Origin: Ophelia neglecta
Taxonomy: Eukaryota
DNA: 64,000 nucleotides
Assembly: GCA_965285935.1 (NCBI GenBank)
Contig: OZ260663.1
Span: 27,590,001 to 27,654,000, forward strand
Reading direction: 5' to 3'
Part shown: in pieces, positions 63,540 through 64,000 of the stretch
Layout of the letters: every line of letters starts with the position of its first letter
How positions within the stretch are numbered: position 1 is the first letter of the stretch
Notes under the pieces: model-generated
What the model saw: the letters and a program-made list of their open reading frames with translations, nothing else
Databases searched by the model: none
What the model was told of the DNA's origin: nothing
Program-made: the position numbers and the translations under genes

Positions 63540-64000
63540 CTGTAACCGTCACAATATAGGTTGTACCTTGTTGAAACCATAGCTAAGTGTATCCGTTATA
63601 TGTGTTCCCACCTAATAACGCTGGTTTCACCTTGCTAGGAACACTACATGGCTCCTTGGATACCTAATTTGGTTTAGGGGTATATGTGTACATGAAATCG
63701 CTCGACTTTCGCAAATTTTCGGTTCAAACTCATTATAACTACTAAACTAGGCCAACGCTGTCGGGGGGGCCGACAGCAAGGGGTATATCCGCGAATGCGT
63801 GCAATAATCGAATGGGGAACATGGCATAAGGCGAGGTAGAGAATATGGTAGTTTTTAGTTGGCACAAAAGATAACGACCTTAACTAATTTTTGTTCAGGT
63901 CATTAATAAAGTTAAACTTGTTAACTTATTACACAGTACTAGTTAACTTATTACACAGATTGTAGTAGGTTCTATTTGACCTCAATAATAATGCAGGTCA

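Overview
Eukaryotic, AT-rich, intron-containing animal DNA. It is most likely a lophotrochozoan such as a mollusc (inferred from the SINE/MITE types and miR-279 seed sites). Gene models were assembled by hand from GT-AG sites and reading phase. (1) The 3' six coding exons of a NOL4/NOL4L orthologue (+), with a ~2.1 kb 3'UTR carrying four perfect miR-279 8-mer seed matches. (2) A two-exon single-CABIT (GAREM/THEMIS/serrano family) gene (+). (3) COX6C (+), missed by the ORF track; its first intron holds three hAT-type elements. (4) A two-exon gene (-) for a small signal-peptide/single-TM protein with an ITIM-like motif and a CRE-rich promoter. (5) A 2.2 kb 29-bp minisatellite with higher-order structure. 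(6) A six-exon THEMIS-like gene (-) with tandem CABIT, Pro-rich and SAM domains. (7) A low-complexity basic orphan gene (-) with repeated LPx(I/L/M) motifs and a CRE promoter. (8) The 3' end of an unidentified gene (-). The window also holds many MITEs, a tRNA-SINE interrupted by a MITE, a deleted Harbinger element and LINE 3' fragments. The most notable points are the CABIT pair with the ITIM-bearing membrane protein between them, the miR-279 site cluster, and the NOL4-CABIT linkage, which recalls human NOL4-GAREM1. No database searches were run; homology calls come from recalled family motifs.
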